Below, piece after piece: positions 30,290 to 40,867 of a stretch of DNA of 64,000 nt. Within the stretch, counting starts at the first letter, position 1, and each line of letters begins with the position of its first letter. The translations under genes were made by a program, and so were the position numbers. The stretch covers positions 832,001 through 896,000 of the forward strand of contig CAXXLF010000002.1 of NCBI GenBank assembly GCA_963664015.2. The letters are read 5' to 3'. Below the pieces are notes generated by a model that saw only the letters and a list, made by a program, of their open reading frames with translations, was not told where the DNA came from and ran no database searches. The DNA comes from Candidatus Binatia bacterium (GTDB lineage: Bacteria > Desulfobacterota > Binatia > UBA9968 > CAXXLF01).

Positions 30290-30690
30290 TCTTATCTTTG
30301 AAATGTTCAACAGAACAACTTCAACAAATTGTTTTCGCGCCAAGAGCCACCAAATTAAGATCCTAAATCCGAAGCACGAAATCCTAAACAATACCAAAAC
30401 TTCAAATCATTAATGTTCAAAACTCTTAAGAAACGCTCGCTCTGGCATTTCTCGCAAAGACGAAGAATCGTGCCCCCTAAGGCAAACCTGTTGATGCTTT
30501 TGTTTTGCATTTCGGTTATTCGAAATTGTTTCGAATTTCGGAATTCGAATTTATTTATACTTGGCGTCCTTTGCGCCTTTCCCTCGACTTTGCTCGGGAC
30601 CCTGAGCCTGTCGATGGGTCGAAGGGTGCGCAAGTCGTCTTATATCCGATCCCCTAACGCAAATTCAGGAAGAAACTTTCAAATTATCTT
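30290..30690. repeat. AT-rich nested palindromic repeat element
   Basis: CGCCAAG/CTTGGCG; AAATCCGAAGCACGAAATCCTAAACAA versus TTGTTTCGAATTTCGGAATTCGAATTT; REP-like CCCTCGAC..GCTCGGGACCCTGAGC..GTCGAAGGG at about 30581-30626. Confidence 0.7.
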
Positions 30691-30693
30691 TAA

Positions 30694-31795
30694 TTAGCGT
30701 TGCTTGCGTTTCTTCATCAGGTTTTGCGCCAGCCTCCAACGCAAACCCTCTGTAGCCCCCTCGGTGATCCGAATGCTGCGCAACTGCCGATACCACCACT
30801 CCAGAGGCAGATCCTTGGTCAACCCAACAGCGCCGTGGACCTGAATGGACCGATCGACAATGCGGCTAGCCATCCCAGTGCAGGGTATTTTTACCATACA
30901 GGAGAGATCGCGCACATCTGCGCCCCGGTCGTGGCGCCAGGCGCATTCATAGACCAAAAGCCGCGCGGCGTGGAGTTCCATCGTTGAATCGGCGATCATA
31001 AACTGGACCGCCTGGCCCTCGGACAGTGGATGCCCGAAGGTCACGCGGGTTCGAGCGTAGTCCATCATCATTTCCAATGCGCGCTGGGCAATCCCCAGAG
31101 GACGCGCCCCATGGCCCTTAATGCGTCCCTCCTGGATCCACCCCTGCCCCAGGGAGAAGCCCTGGCCTACACCGCCGATCACGTTGGCCGCACTGACGTT
31201 CGCGAACCACCCCCGGACTGTTCATATCCACCATGAAGCAGGTGATACCGCCGCGGGCGCGCTTTTCCGGATCCGTTACGGCCATGACCTAGGCAAAATC
31301 CGCCTGTCCGGCCCTGATAATAAAGCGCTTGGTTCCGTTCAATACAAAGGTATCCCCATCAGGAATGGCACGGGTCCGCATGCTCGCCGTATCACTGCCG
31401 GCATCGGGCTCGGTTTGGGCAAAGCAGACCCGGACCTCTCCTCTCAAGACGGGGAATAGGAATCGTTCCTTTTGCTCCTCATTGCATTGGAAGAGGACCG
31501 GACGGACGTCCGGGCCAAAGAGCTGATTACCGCGAAAGGGAAGCGCCGCCGTTCGGGCAACTTCTTCGGCAATGGCACAGCGGGTCAGCAGATCGAGACC
31601 GGCCCCACCGTACTCTTGAGGGACGTCAAGGTGCCAGAACCCAAGCGCCTTGGCCTGAAGCGGTTCCAACAGCTCGGGAGGCATCTCCTACCCTTCCGGG
31701 CGAAAGCCGGGTTCGAGAGGGATCACTTCACGGTCAATAAAATCCCTTACCGTTTGTTTTACCAGTCGTACTTCTTCAGGCAGCTCAAAGTCCAC
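30694..31795 (-). pseudogene. Acyl-CoA dehydrogenase, disrupted
   Basis: VDFELPEE.., EYGGAG, CFAQTEPDAGSD, LNGTKRFI, RVTFG.PLS, QVHGAVG, ITEGATE; TAG at 31688 and 31289; deletion near 31205. Confidence 0.88.
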
Positions 31796-31839
31796 TTCCG
31801 GCCCCTCGTGAGACGAACACTATCGCACCACCGCACCCA

Positions 31840-32667
31840 TTACTTGTTTCGCTTGTAGGATTCCAGACCAGGACGGTAGGTCTTTTCGTCGAGGAACTGC
31901 TTCATGCCTTGCTCACGGCCGCGCTCACGGTCCAGTTGCCTGATCTCGATGCTCTTGGCCGAAAGATAATCCGCCGCCTGGTGATAGTCCATGGTACGGA
32001 CCGTCTTGAAGGCCTGCTTGCAAACACGCAGGGCCCAGGGATTTTTCTCCATGAGCTTTCCGGCTAGCGCCACGGTCTCATCCCGTAGCTTCGCCCTTGG
32101 GACAGCGTAATTCACCAAGCGGATCTCGGCGGCCTTCTTTCCGTCAAAGCTATCCCCGGTCATCGCATAGTAAAGCCCGTCCCGGTAGCTCACGACGTCG
32201 GCGAACACCTTGCTCACGAGCCCCCCTGGAAGGATGCCCCAATTGATCTCGGAGAGTCCAAAAACCGCGTCCTCTGCCGCTATGGCAAAGTCACAAGCGA
32301 TCAACGGCGTAAAGGCCCCGCCGAAACAAAAACCGTTGACCATGGCAATAGTCGGTTTTGGAAAGACATTGAGCTTTTCCCAACGCCATTGCTGGCTAGA
32401 CCACCCCGCGCGCCGGCGCTCTTTGGGGTTGTTGTCCAACGCTCGAAAGTACTCTTTCAGGTCCTGCCCAGCGCACCAGCTCTCGCCGGCACCCGTTAAA
32501 ACCAGGACCCGCGTCTCCTCATCCGTTTCCAGATCCGTAATCGCATCGAGCATGTCATAGTGCATCTGCGGGTTCATGGCATTACGCTTTTCGGGACGAT
32601 TGAGAGTAACCCAGGTAATACCGTTTTCCTTCTCCACCTTGATCGTTTCATAAGAATTGGTCGCCAT
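31840..32667 (-). CDS. p-Hydroxycinnamoyl/feruloyl-CoA hydratase-lyase (crotonase family)
   Basis: NRPEKRNAM, AGQDLKEYFR, WRW, LSEINWGI.PG, YYAMTG, GREQGMKQFLDEKTYRPGL. Confidence 0.9.
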   Translation of the reverse strand: MATNSYETIKVEKENGITWVTLNRPEKRNAMNPQMHYDMLDAITDLETDEETRVLVLTGAGESWCAGQDLKEYFRALDNNPKERRRAGWSSQQWRWEKLNVFPKPTIAMVNGFCFGGAFTPLIACDFAIAAEDAVFGLSEINWGILPGGLVSKVFADVVSYRDGLYYAMTGDSFDGKKAAEIRLVNYAVPRAKLRDETVALAGKLMEKNPWALRVCKQAFKTVRTMDYHQAADYLSAKSIEIRQLDRERGREQGMKQFLDEKTYRPGLESYKRNK

Positions 32668-32861
32668 AGTTTCATTCCCCTTTTTGTGAGACTTCAAACG
32701 CACTCTATGGGAGAGCAAACTTCAATGTCAAGACGCCGTCGAGCTGCAGCTCTGTTCCTCAAGTTCATTCAGCACTTAAGGCCTCTATTTTCCGTCCCGA
32801 CCCACCCCCCCATCACGGCTCCTTTACACGCGCTATTAAGAAGATTAGCCTTGGGATCATC

Positions 32862-34703
32862 ATGATCGATACCACACCCAACTACGGGATGGACTGGGAT
32901 TTAGCAAGCTACTTCTCCGAGTTCAACGGGCCCGAGATGCGCAGCTTCAAAGAGACGCTGCAAAAGGATTTGGCGGTGCTCCGGGAGCGGTCAAGCGCCC
33001 TCCCCCCTTTGAATGCCGAGACCGTAGCCCAATGGGCTCAAATCCTGACCGAGCACGAGGAGATCTCGACCCGTTTGTCCCACCTGAATTCTTACATCAG
33101 CTGCCTCACCGCCGCCGACACGCGAGTCGAGGCTTATCTTCAGGAACAGGCGGCATTGGCCTTGATCAACGCAGAATCGGCAAAGCTGCGGGTCGACCTG
33201 CTCAAAGCATTCAAGGAATCTTCCGAGTCGACTTTTTCCTCCCTCTTGGAGCGTCCCACCATGAAGGGGAGCGAGCACCACCTGCGCCGTCTAAGGAAGG
33301 AATCCAAGCACAGGATGGAGCGGGTAGAGGAGGTCCTCGCCACCGACCTTGCCGTCAATGGCCTACACGCATGGGGGCGGCTCTACGATACGCTTTCAGG
33401 AAAATTAGAATTCGACATGACCTATCCGGATGGCCGCTCCCAGCGCCTTCCCATTTCCCAAAGGCGCTCCCTGACCGAAAGCCCGGACCGGCTCGTACGC
33501 AAGGCCGCCTTCGACGGAGGCAACGTGGCATGGCAGGGAGTCGCTGACACCGCCGCCGCAGCCCTCAATGCCATATCCGGGACCCGGTTGACCCTCAACC
33601 GGCATCGCGGTGTGAATCATTTTCTCGATGTCGCGCTTTTTCAGTCGGGCATCAGCCGCAACACCCTGGAAGCCATGTTCGATGCGCTATACTCCCAACT
33701 GGATTTGCCGCGGCGTATCCTTCGCCTCAAGGCCCAAGCCATGGGCGTCCCATCGGTAGCGTGGTATGACCTGGGGGCCCCACTCCCGCTCGCGGACCAG
33801 GACGAGCTGCCGTGGGAAAAGGCCACGGCTCTGGTTCATTCCTCTTTCACCCAGGCCTACCCGGCCCTGGGCGAATTCCTCGGCAGGATCATCGAACGTC
33901 GTTGGATCGACTGGCAACCACGCCCAGGCAAACAGCCCGGAGGATTTTGCACAGGTTCGCAACTGGTCAAGGAATCCAGGATTTTTATGACCTACAATAA
34001 GTCCATGGGCGACGTGCTCACACTCGCCCACGAGACCGGCCATGCCTTTCACAGTCACATCATGCGGGATCTGCGGCCCTATGCCCGGCGCGGCCCCATG
34101 ACCTTGGCCGAAACGGCTTCGACCTTCGGGGAGATGATTCTGATCGACGGCATGTTAAAAGATCCGGAAATCACTGCGGCCCAAAAGGCCCTTGTGCTGG
34201 ATATGGAGACGGGACATGGGGCCATTTACCTTCTGGACATCCCTGTTCGCTATGAGTTCGAAAAAAAACTCTACCAGGAACGCGACCGCGGCGAGGTGAG
34301 CGTCAGCAGGCTTAAAGAGCTGATGGTCGAAACACAACGGGAGATCTTAAGCGACGTCCTGGAAGTCGGCGGGGAGGATCCCTACTTCTGGGCCTCGAAA
34401 CTCCACTTCTACATCACGGGGGTTACTTTCTATAACTTCCCTTATACCTTTGGATTTCTCCTGAGCAGGGGCCTCTTCTCCATGTTCAGCAAACACGGAG
34501 AAGAGTTTCTGCCACGATACGAGGAGTTCCTCCGTTCCACGGGTAGCGACACCCCGGAAAACATCGCCCGTAAAACCCTCGGCTGCAACCTGGAATCGAG
34601 TGAATTCTGGATCGAGGCTATCAACACACTCGTGGAACCGCTCAAGCAACTCGAGGCCCTCTTGCCCCAGCCCCTCCCCGGTGCAACGGGACAAGGCCGT
34701 TAA
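32862..34703 (+). CDS. M3B oligoendopeptidase (PepF family)
   Basis: WDL N-terminus, PRPGKQPGGFC, LAHETGHAFH, LAETASTFGE, FYNFPYTFG. Confidence 0.93.
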   Translation: MIDTTPNYGMDWDLASYFSEFNGPEMRSFKETLQKDLAVLRERSSALPPLNAETVAQWAQILTEHEEISTRLSHLNSYISCLTAADTRVEAYLQEQAALALINAESAKLRVDLLKAFKESSESTFSSLLERPTMKGSEHHLRRLRKESKHRMERVEEVLATDLAVNGLHAWGRLYDTLSGKLEFDMTYPDGRSQRLPISQRRSLTESPDRLVRKAAFDGGNVAWQGVADTAAAALNAISGTRLTLNRHRGVNHFLDVALFQSGISRNTLEAMFDALYSQLDLPRRILRLKAQAMGVPSVAWYDLGAPLPLADQDELPWEKATALVHSSFTQAYPALGEFLGRIIERRWIDWQPRPGKQPGGFCTGSQLVKESRIFMTYNKSMGDVLTLAHETGHAFHSHIMRDLRPYARRGPMTLAETASTFGEMILIDGMLKDPEITAAQKALVLDMETGHGAIYLLDIPVRYEFEKKLYQERDRGEVSVSRLKELMVETQREILSDVLEVGGEDPYFWASKLHFYITGVTFYNFPYTFGFLLSRGLFSMFSKHGEEFLPRYEEFLRSTGSDTPENIARKTLGCNLESSEFWIEAINTLVEPLKQLEALLPQPLPGATGQGR

Positions 34704-34754
34704 TTCACTATCACCCAGCTTGTTCCCCGGCCCGCAATCTGGTGAAATACAGGT

Positions 34755-35504
34755 ATGAGAATCCTCATTTCCAATGACGACGGCATCCAGTCCGAGGGGC
34801 TGGTGGCCCTTGAAGAAAAACTCAGCAACCTAGGTGAGATCTTCACCGTGGCGCCGGACCGGGAACAGACCTCAATGAGCCACGCCCTGACCCTGCACCG
34901 TCCACTGCGTGCAACAGAGATAGGCCCCAACCGCTTTGCCGTGGATGGAACCCCCACCGATTGCGTCAAGTTGGCGCTGACAGGACTCTTGCCCGTTCGA
35001 CCTGACTTAGTGGTGTCGGGAATCAATAAGGGACCCAACCTCGGCGATGACGTTATTTACTCGGGAACGGTTTCGGCAGCCATCGAGGGAACCCTCCTGG
35101 GAATCCCCTCCATGGCCGTCTCGTTGGCCGCCTTCAAGGACTTTTCCTTCGATGCGGCTGCGGATTTTGCCGCCCAATTAGCCACCCGCATTCTGCAAAA
35201 AGGACTCCCCCCGGGAACCCTCATAAACGTTAACGTCCCCGCCCTCCCCACCCTGGAGATCAAAGGATGGCGATTGACCCGTCAGGGAAAACGGCACTAC
35301 GCGGAAAAAGTGGTAGAGCGAGTCGATCCGAGGGGAAGAAAGTACTACTGGATCGGCGGTGACGATATGGGGTTTGCAAAGGAAGAGGGAACCGACTGCA
35401 TGGCGGTCAATGGAGGATTTATTTCCGTCACGCCCCTACACGCTGACATGACAAACCACGGCTCCTTTCAGGAGATCAAGTCCTTCATGTTTCCCTGGCC
35501 ATAG
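34755..35504 (+). CDS. surE: 5'/3'-nucleotidase SurE
   Basis: ILISNDDG, DGTPTDCV, VVSGIN.GPNLGDDVIYSGTV.AA.EG. Confidence 0.96.
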   Translation: MRILISNDDGIQSEGLVALEEKLSNLGEIFTVAPDREQTSMSHALTLHRPLRATEIGPNRFAVDGTPTDCVKLALTGLLPVRPDLVVSGINKGPNLGDDVIYSGTVSAAIEGTLLGIPSMAVSLAAFKDFSFDAAADFAAQLATRILQKGLPPGTLINVNVPALPTLEIKGWRLTRQGKRHYAEKVVERVDPRGRKYYWIGGDDMGFAKEEGTDCMAVNGGFISVTPLHADMTNHGSFQEIKSFMFPWP

Positions 35505-35752
35505 CCCGAGTCGAGGCTTTCCTACCTATCAGTCCAATCCTGACTCCCCACTTTAGGGGATATTGCGGTCTAAGTGCATCGGTAAGGCGTGTTTGACTGT
35601 CATTCAATCGCGGCGCACATTCCCGCAATTGGACAAGGGTAGGCTAAAGATTAAATTATTTAGAATGAAACCGTCACAGATCAAGCGCACCGCGGATCCC
35701 TTAGAAAGATTCCGAATGCTACGGGGCTCGGTTTCGTAAATGCACGGGGCGG

Positions 35753-36820
35753 CTACCCGGTTGGCAGACCGTGTTTTTTGTTAAGTTTGCGCAGGGAGTC
35801 CTTGACCTCACTGGAAGGTGAGGTGGTCTCGAGCACCAAGGCCTCCGTCTCTTTCGCCCCCTGGACAACCCATCCCTCACCGAAGAAGCGGGTTGTCGCC
35901 TTTTTGAAATCCGGGTCCTTGGCAAGCTTTAGGTAGGCTCCTCGGACCATCCTGGTAATGTTATCAGGTGTGCGCCGAGGGAGAAAGACAGGCTTGTCCA
36001 GATCGCATGGTCCGGCAAAGAATTTATAAGCCTGCCGTGGCACCCCGTTCGGCCGCTTGGTCCCCATTAGTTCCTCAAAAGCCTGAAGGTTTGGAAAATC
36101 CTTTCTGCGTATCGATCCCACCACCGATACGATGTCGACCAGATTGCTTTTAACCAGACTATTCATAATCGGAACGTTTGCCGTTGCCATCATCTCGATT
36201 TCACCCTGCTGAAAGGCCAGCACCATTTCTCCGGTGCCCGCGTACCCGTAGATAAAGCGGACGTTCCACCCCAACTGCTCCGCACCCCAAAGGGTCGTTG
36301 CCAGCCAATCTCGGGTACCGTCGGAATCTCCAACTACCACCGGTTTGGCATTTGGATCTCGAAGGCGAGCGTGGGCATCCTTACGGATCATGAGAACACT
36401 CCCACCTCGATTGATCGACCCTACGGCACGGAACTCACGCGGATCGTACTTAATCTTCTTGCCCCCTCTACGGAACTGGGTCACCGTCGCCGACGAGGAT
36501 TGAAAGATATCCAGGCCGGTGGACTTGGCGACAGGGTAAAAGTAATTATTGGCAAGGACCCCGCCACCCTCGGGCATATTCTGTACGACACTCAAAGGAT
36601 TGCCGGGCAGATATCGGGGTAAAAACCGAGCCACGACCCGAGCTGCGGAATCGGTTCCGCCCCCGGCACTGGAGTTCACGAGGATCTTGATTGTTTTCTC
36701 TTTAAAAAATGATTTCCCCGATTGGGCGGTTGCCCGGGAAGTCTGGATCAGGGCCCCCAACGCAAACACCGCTAGCGAAATTATGATAATCACACTAGGA
36801 CCTCTTCTCACGGTATTCAT
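35753..36820 (-). CDS. Bug/TctC-like tripartite tricarboxylate transporter substrate-binding protein
   Basis: Signal peptide, TIKILV.SSAGGGTD..AR, LPGNP..VVQNMP.GGG, GY.GTGE..LA..QGEI. Confidence 0.85.
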   Translation of the reverse strand: MNTVRRGPSVIIIISLAVFALGALIQTSRATAQSGKSFFKEKTIKILVNSSAGGGTDSAARVVARFLPRYLPGNPLSVVQNMPEGGGVLANNYFYPVAKSTGLDIFQSSSATVTQFRRGGKKIKYDPREFRAVGSINRGGSVLMIRKDAHARLRDPNAKPVVVGDSDGTRDWLATTLWGAEQLGWNVRFIYGYAGTGEMVLAFQQGEIEMMATANVPIMNSLVKSNLVDIVSVVGSIRRKDFPNLQAFEELMGTKRPNGVPRQAYKFFAGPCDLDKPVFLPRRTPDNITRMVRGAYLKLAKDPDFKKATTRFFGEGWVVQGAKETEALVLETTSPSSEVKDSLRKLNKKHGLPTG

Positions 36821-36849
36821 TCAACTACCCTCCTCCTGCATTCCCGAAA

Positions 36850-36870
36850 TGATTCTGAATACCAGAATCA
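36850..36870. promoter_or_regulatory. Perfect 8-5-8 palindrome, candidate operator
   Basis: TGATTCTG-AATAC-CAGAATCA, 30 bp upstream of the tctC-like start. Confidence 0.45.
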
Positions 36871-37118
36871 ATCAGAGAGTTATCCTCCGCTGCAGAATAT
36901 AAATCCTCGAGTGTTCTCTTATTCTCTTGGGTTATGGAGTCAACCCATGTCGCCGCCGAGGCCGGGGCCAGGGCTGGGACCGTAAATTTCCAACTCTTGG
37001 TAGGTCCATTGTGCTGCAGGGATTACAATTTGGAGGTGGATCAGTGCGAACTTTCCTAAAACAATATTTGGACAGTAGGATTATGCCCGGATTGCTATAA
37101 TACGGCTTGCGACCTTTG

Positions 37119-38365
37119 CTATTCCGCTGCTCCCATCCTGGACTTTTTTGTTCCCGGCTCGCGGGTGAACAAGAGCGCAATCATCGCGAGGAAATAATAA
37201 GTAGCAATGAGGGAAAAGGCGTACCCGAACCCATATTTGTGCATCATCCATCCCGTAAGGAGGGTCCAAAAGGGCCCGGACATAAAACCGATCGCGTAGT
37301 TTAGGCTGAAGGCCGCATCCATGGCCTGCTCGTCCACAATGTCGGTGAGCAGCGTCTGCGTCAGGGATTGACGGGAATGAACCGCGAGCCCGTAGAAGGA
37401 CAGGCTCACCAGTAACCAGCCGGACATGCTCGTCATCCAACCGAGCCAGGTTGTCGAGATAGCAGACACCAGGAGCGACAGCTGGAGGGTACCAACCCGG
37501 CTGAACCGATCGGATGCCCAACCCCAAAGCATAGGCGCCACCAATCCTGCAAGCTGGAGCAAGGTAAACAGGAATGCGGCATATGTCACATCCAAATTCA
37601 AATCGTTCACAAAGTGGGGGACGAGAAAAGTCGTATTGATGCCGCCACTCATGCCCGCCGCTCCGACCATGAGCACCATGGAGATAACCATAAAGTTACG
37701 ATTCTTGAGGCAGCTCTTGTATGCCTCCCAGCCCTGAAAGGCTCGTCCCCTCTTGCCCTCCCCTAGAGTGGCCACGGGAGTTTTAGACTTGACCGCGTCA
37801 CCGAATAGAAAGTAAGGCACAGCGGTGAGGAAACTGATCCCCCCGAAAATCCAGAAGATCGTTCGCCAGTCTACATAGAGAATCAGAATACCGGCCGATA
37901 GGGGTGCAAGCAGCGATCCAATACTTCCCGAAGTCGTATGAAGAGCGAGGGTTCGGCCCGCGCCTCCGGATAGTGGGTTGCCAGCATGGTGGAACCCACC
38001 GAATGTTACGGACTCGAACCGATGCCGGAGACGATTCGGGTGACCAGGACAAACGGATAACTGACCGCAAATCCCATCGGGATCACCGAAATCCCGACGA
38101 TAAATTTTCCAGTGCCCAAAATAACGCCCCGTTTCACATACTGGACGATAAGACCGTAAAGGGCTTGCAGGAACTGACCGACCATGTTCCGAAAGGTGCT
38201 GATGATACCGATCTGTACGTAGCCGAATCCCAGATCCCGCATGAGCAGCGGGAACACCACGGACATCATGGAGGTCTGAAAATGATTCACCAGATGGAAT
38301 GCGCAAACAATGCTAAAAATGTTTTTGCGGGAGAGGCCACCGTGGTTTTGATCCGCACTTGTCAT
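37119..38365 (-). pseudogene. MFS transporter, disrupted
   Basis: HLVNH..FPLL.RDLG, GIGSSP*H, GWASDRFSR; TAA at 38006-38008 and frameshift near 37958. Confidence 0.85.
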
Positions 38366-38449
38366 GGTTAATACCGACTCAGCGTTTCGGACGGTCGTTC
38401 ATCACAGATTCCCAGAAATGCTCCAAGATCCTATTCCCTGGCAACGCTG

Positions 38450-38494
38450 AATTCAACCAATTCGACTCATTCGTCTAATTCATCTAATTCAATT
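38450..38494. repeat. Five imperfect 9-bp tandem repeats
   Basis: AATTCAACC AATTCGACT CATTCGTCT AATTCATCT AATTCAATT. Confidence 0.6.
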
Positions 38495-38573
38495 TGCCTG
38501 TTATGAATTTAGATTGAAATCGACCGACGAATGCAATAGGTTTACCCTGGTCAGGCTCCAAGGAGGCAAAAAT

Positions 38574-40802
38574 ATGTCGTACCGAATCATAGGCCAACCA
38601 ACGCCTCGGGCCGAGTCTTCGAAGGTCACCGGTTCTGAACACTACACTAGCGACGTCCTCCTCCCGGGGACCCTTTGGGGCAAGGTGCTACGCAGTCCTT
38701 ACCCCCATGCGCGCATCGTCCACATGGACACCTCTCGTGCCGAGGCCGCAACCGGCGTACGAGCAATCCTGACCGGGAACGACGTGCGCGGGATCCTCTA
38801 CGGCCGGAACTACCGGGACCTGTCGGTCCTGGCTCAGGACCGGGTGCGATTTGTCGGCGAACGAGTGGCGGCTATCGCCGCCGACGAGCGCGACGCGGCC
38901 CAAGAGGCGCTAGACCTCATCCAAGTGGATTACGAAGAGCTCCCAGCCGTCTTCGATCCCCAAACAGCCCTCGCAGAAGGGGCCCCGATTATCCATCCGG
39001 AGGTCAACACCTACCTGGGGCTGCCCCGGCCCCTGGAGAAACCGTCCAATGCCTACGTCCACGATCTCCACGAACAAGGGGACCTGGAGACGGGGTTTGC
39101 CCAGTCGGACTTGATTGTAGAGAACACCTTTACGACCCCTCGGGTGCATCAGGCCTTTCTGGAGCCCCATTGCTGCATGGTCTGGATCGATGAACAGAAA
39201 AGGGTCCAGATCTGGTCCTCCAGCAAGGCGCCTCACGTTCTAAAAGAAAGCATGGCCGACGCCCTGAAGATTCCCCCCGAACGTATTCGGGTCAACCCCG
39301 TATCCATTGGTGGGGACTTTGGCGGTAAAGGCGGGGCCCTCGACGAGCCTATCGCCTATTACCTCGCCCAGCGTTCCGGCCGGCCGGTAAAGATGATCAT
39401 GGATTACCAGGAGGAGTTCATGGCCGGAGACCCACGCCATGCGGCCATCTTCAAGATGAAAACAGGCGTCAAACGAGACGGCACTCTCGTGGCCCACCAG
39501 ATGGAGGCCTACTTCGACAGCGGCGCTTATGGCGGACTCAGGCCCGGAGCCAGTATCAATGGAGCCAGTAAAGGCGGCACCTGGTACCGCTGCCCCCATG
39601 CCCGCATCTCGGTCAAGCGGATCTACACCAACAACATGCCCGGCGGACAGATGAGGGCGCCGGGAGAGCCCCAGTCGTACTTCGCCGCCGAATCCCATAT
39701 GGACTGTGTCGCGCATAAACTCGGGATAGACCCACTGGAGTTCCGGCGAAAGAATCTCATTGAAGAAGGAGACAGGACGCTGAATGGAGACCTCTACCAG
39801 GGGGTCAGGGCCAAGGAGACCCTGGAGGCTGCGGTGAGAGCAGCCCGCTATAACGCTCCTAGGTCGCCCAACGTCGGGCGAGGAATCGCTATGGGCCACC
39901 GGGCTCCTGGAGGAGGATTTACCTCCCTTGCGATCGAACTGAATCCCGACGGATCCGTCGTCCTGCACACTGGGGTCATAGAACAAGGGACCGGTACCTA
40001 TACCACCCACAGGCAAATCGTGGCGGAGGAATTGTCCCTTCGCCCCGATGATATCCAGATCAAGATCCTCGATACCGATTCGTCCCCTTTTGACTCGGGT
40101 ATCGGTGGCAGCCGAGGAACTCGCACCGCCACCCAAACGGCTTTTGAAGCTGCTATAGAAACCAAACAGGAGCTATTTCGCATGGCGGAAGAGCACCTGG
40201 GATGGTCTCGGGCAGAATTGACCCTGGTGGGCAGGGATATCGTTCGCAAGAGAACACGAGAGCGCCACCGTTGGGACCGACTCCTGGCCCGGGCGGGCCG
40301 TTCCATCTTCAAGCAGGTCATCAATCAGGACCGGGGCCACGCCCCGTTGACCGCCTTCACCGCCCAGGTTGCCGAGGTCTCGGTGGATCCCGAGACCGGA
40401 AAGGTTCAGCTCCTTCACTTTACGACGGCTCACGACGTGGGGACGATCATCAATCCGATCGGCCACCAGGGACAGATAGACGGAGGAGTCGTTCAAGGCA
40501 TCGGCTTTGCACTGACGGAAGAGCTCCACGTAGACGGGGGTCGCGTGGGGACACTCCACTTCGGGGATTACAAGATTCCTACAGCAAGAGATATTCCTAC
40601 GCTAAGAACCGTGATCGTCAAAGGCAAAGATGGGGTGGGGCCGTACAAGGCCAAAGGAATCGGTGAAAACCCCAACACGCCGGTGGCCGGGGCGATAGCC
40701 AATGCGGTGGAAGACGCCGTGGGTGTCCGTATTCGCGACCTTCCCGTCACAGCCGAGAAGGTCTGCAAGGCCCTACATGCAAAGAAAGTAAATACGATCT
40801 AG
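38574..40802 (+). CDS. Xanthine dehydrogenase family molybdopterin-binding large subunit
   Basis: KVTG..Y, LRSPYPHARI, HQAFLEP, GGDFGGK, MRAPGEPQ, GQIDGG..QGIG, AKGIGE; AGGAGG SD. Confidence 0.93.
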   Translation: MSYRIIGQPTPRAESSKVTGSEHYTSDVLLPGTLWGKVLRSPYPHARIVHMDTSRAEAATGVRAILTGNDVRGILYGRNYRDLSVLAQDRVRFVGERVAAIAADERDAAQEALDLIQVDYEELPAVFDPQTALAEGAPIIHPEVNTYLGLPRPLEKPSNAYVHDLHEQGDLETGFAQSDLIVENTFTTPRVHQAFLEPHCCMVWIDEQKRVQIWSSSKAPHVLKESMADALKIPPERIRVNPVSIGGDFGGKGGALDEPIAYYLAQRSGRPVKMIMDYQEEFMAGDPRHAAIFKMKTGVKRDGTLVAHQMEAYFDSGAYGGLRPGASINGASKGGTWYRCPHARISVKRIYTNNMPGGQMRAPGEPQSYFAAESHMDCVAHKLGIDPLEFRRKNLIEEGDRTLNGDLYQGVRAKETLEAAVRAARYNAPRSPNVGRGIAMGHRAPGGGFTSLAIELNPDGSVVLHTGVIEQGTGTYTTHRQIVAEELSLRPDDIQIKILDTDSSPFDSGIGGSRGTRTATQTAFEAAIETKQELFRMAEEHLGWSRAELTLVGRDIVRKRTRERHRWDRLLARAGRSIFKQVINQDRGHAPLTAFTAQVAEVSVDPETGKVQLLHFTTAHDVGTIINPIGHQGQIDGGVVQGIGFALTEELHVDGGRVGTLHFGDYKIPTARDIPTLRTVIVKGKDGVGPYKAKGIGENPNTPVAGAIANAVEDAVGVRIRDLPVTAEKVCKALHAKKVNTI

Positions 40803-40867
40803 TGCCACCGCACTGACCAGCAAACCCGTTCTGCCTAGAATGGTGTAATCCATATACGCAGCCTTGG

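Noticed and set aside
30355-30697. ORFs within the palindromic elements (also 7101-7517, 29569-29860)
   Set aside because: They are spurious translations of repeat DNA.
7240-38494. CRISPR array among the repeat regions
   Set aside because: No regularly spaced 23-47-bp direct repeats with unique spacers, and no cas genes.
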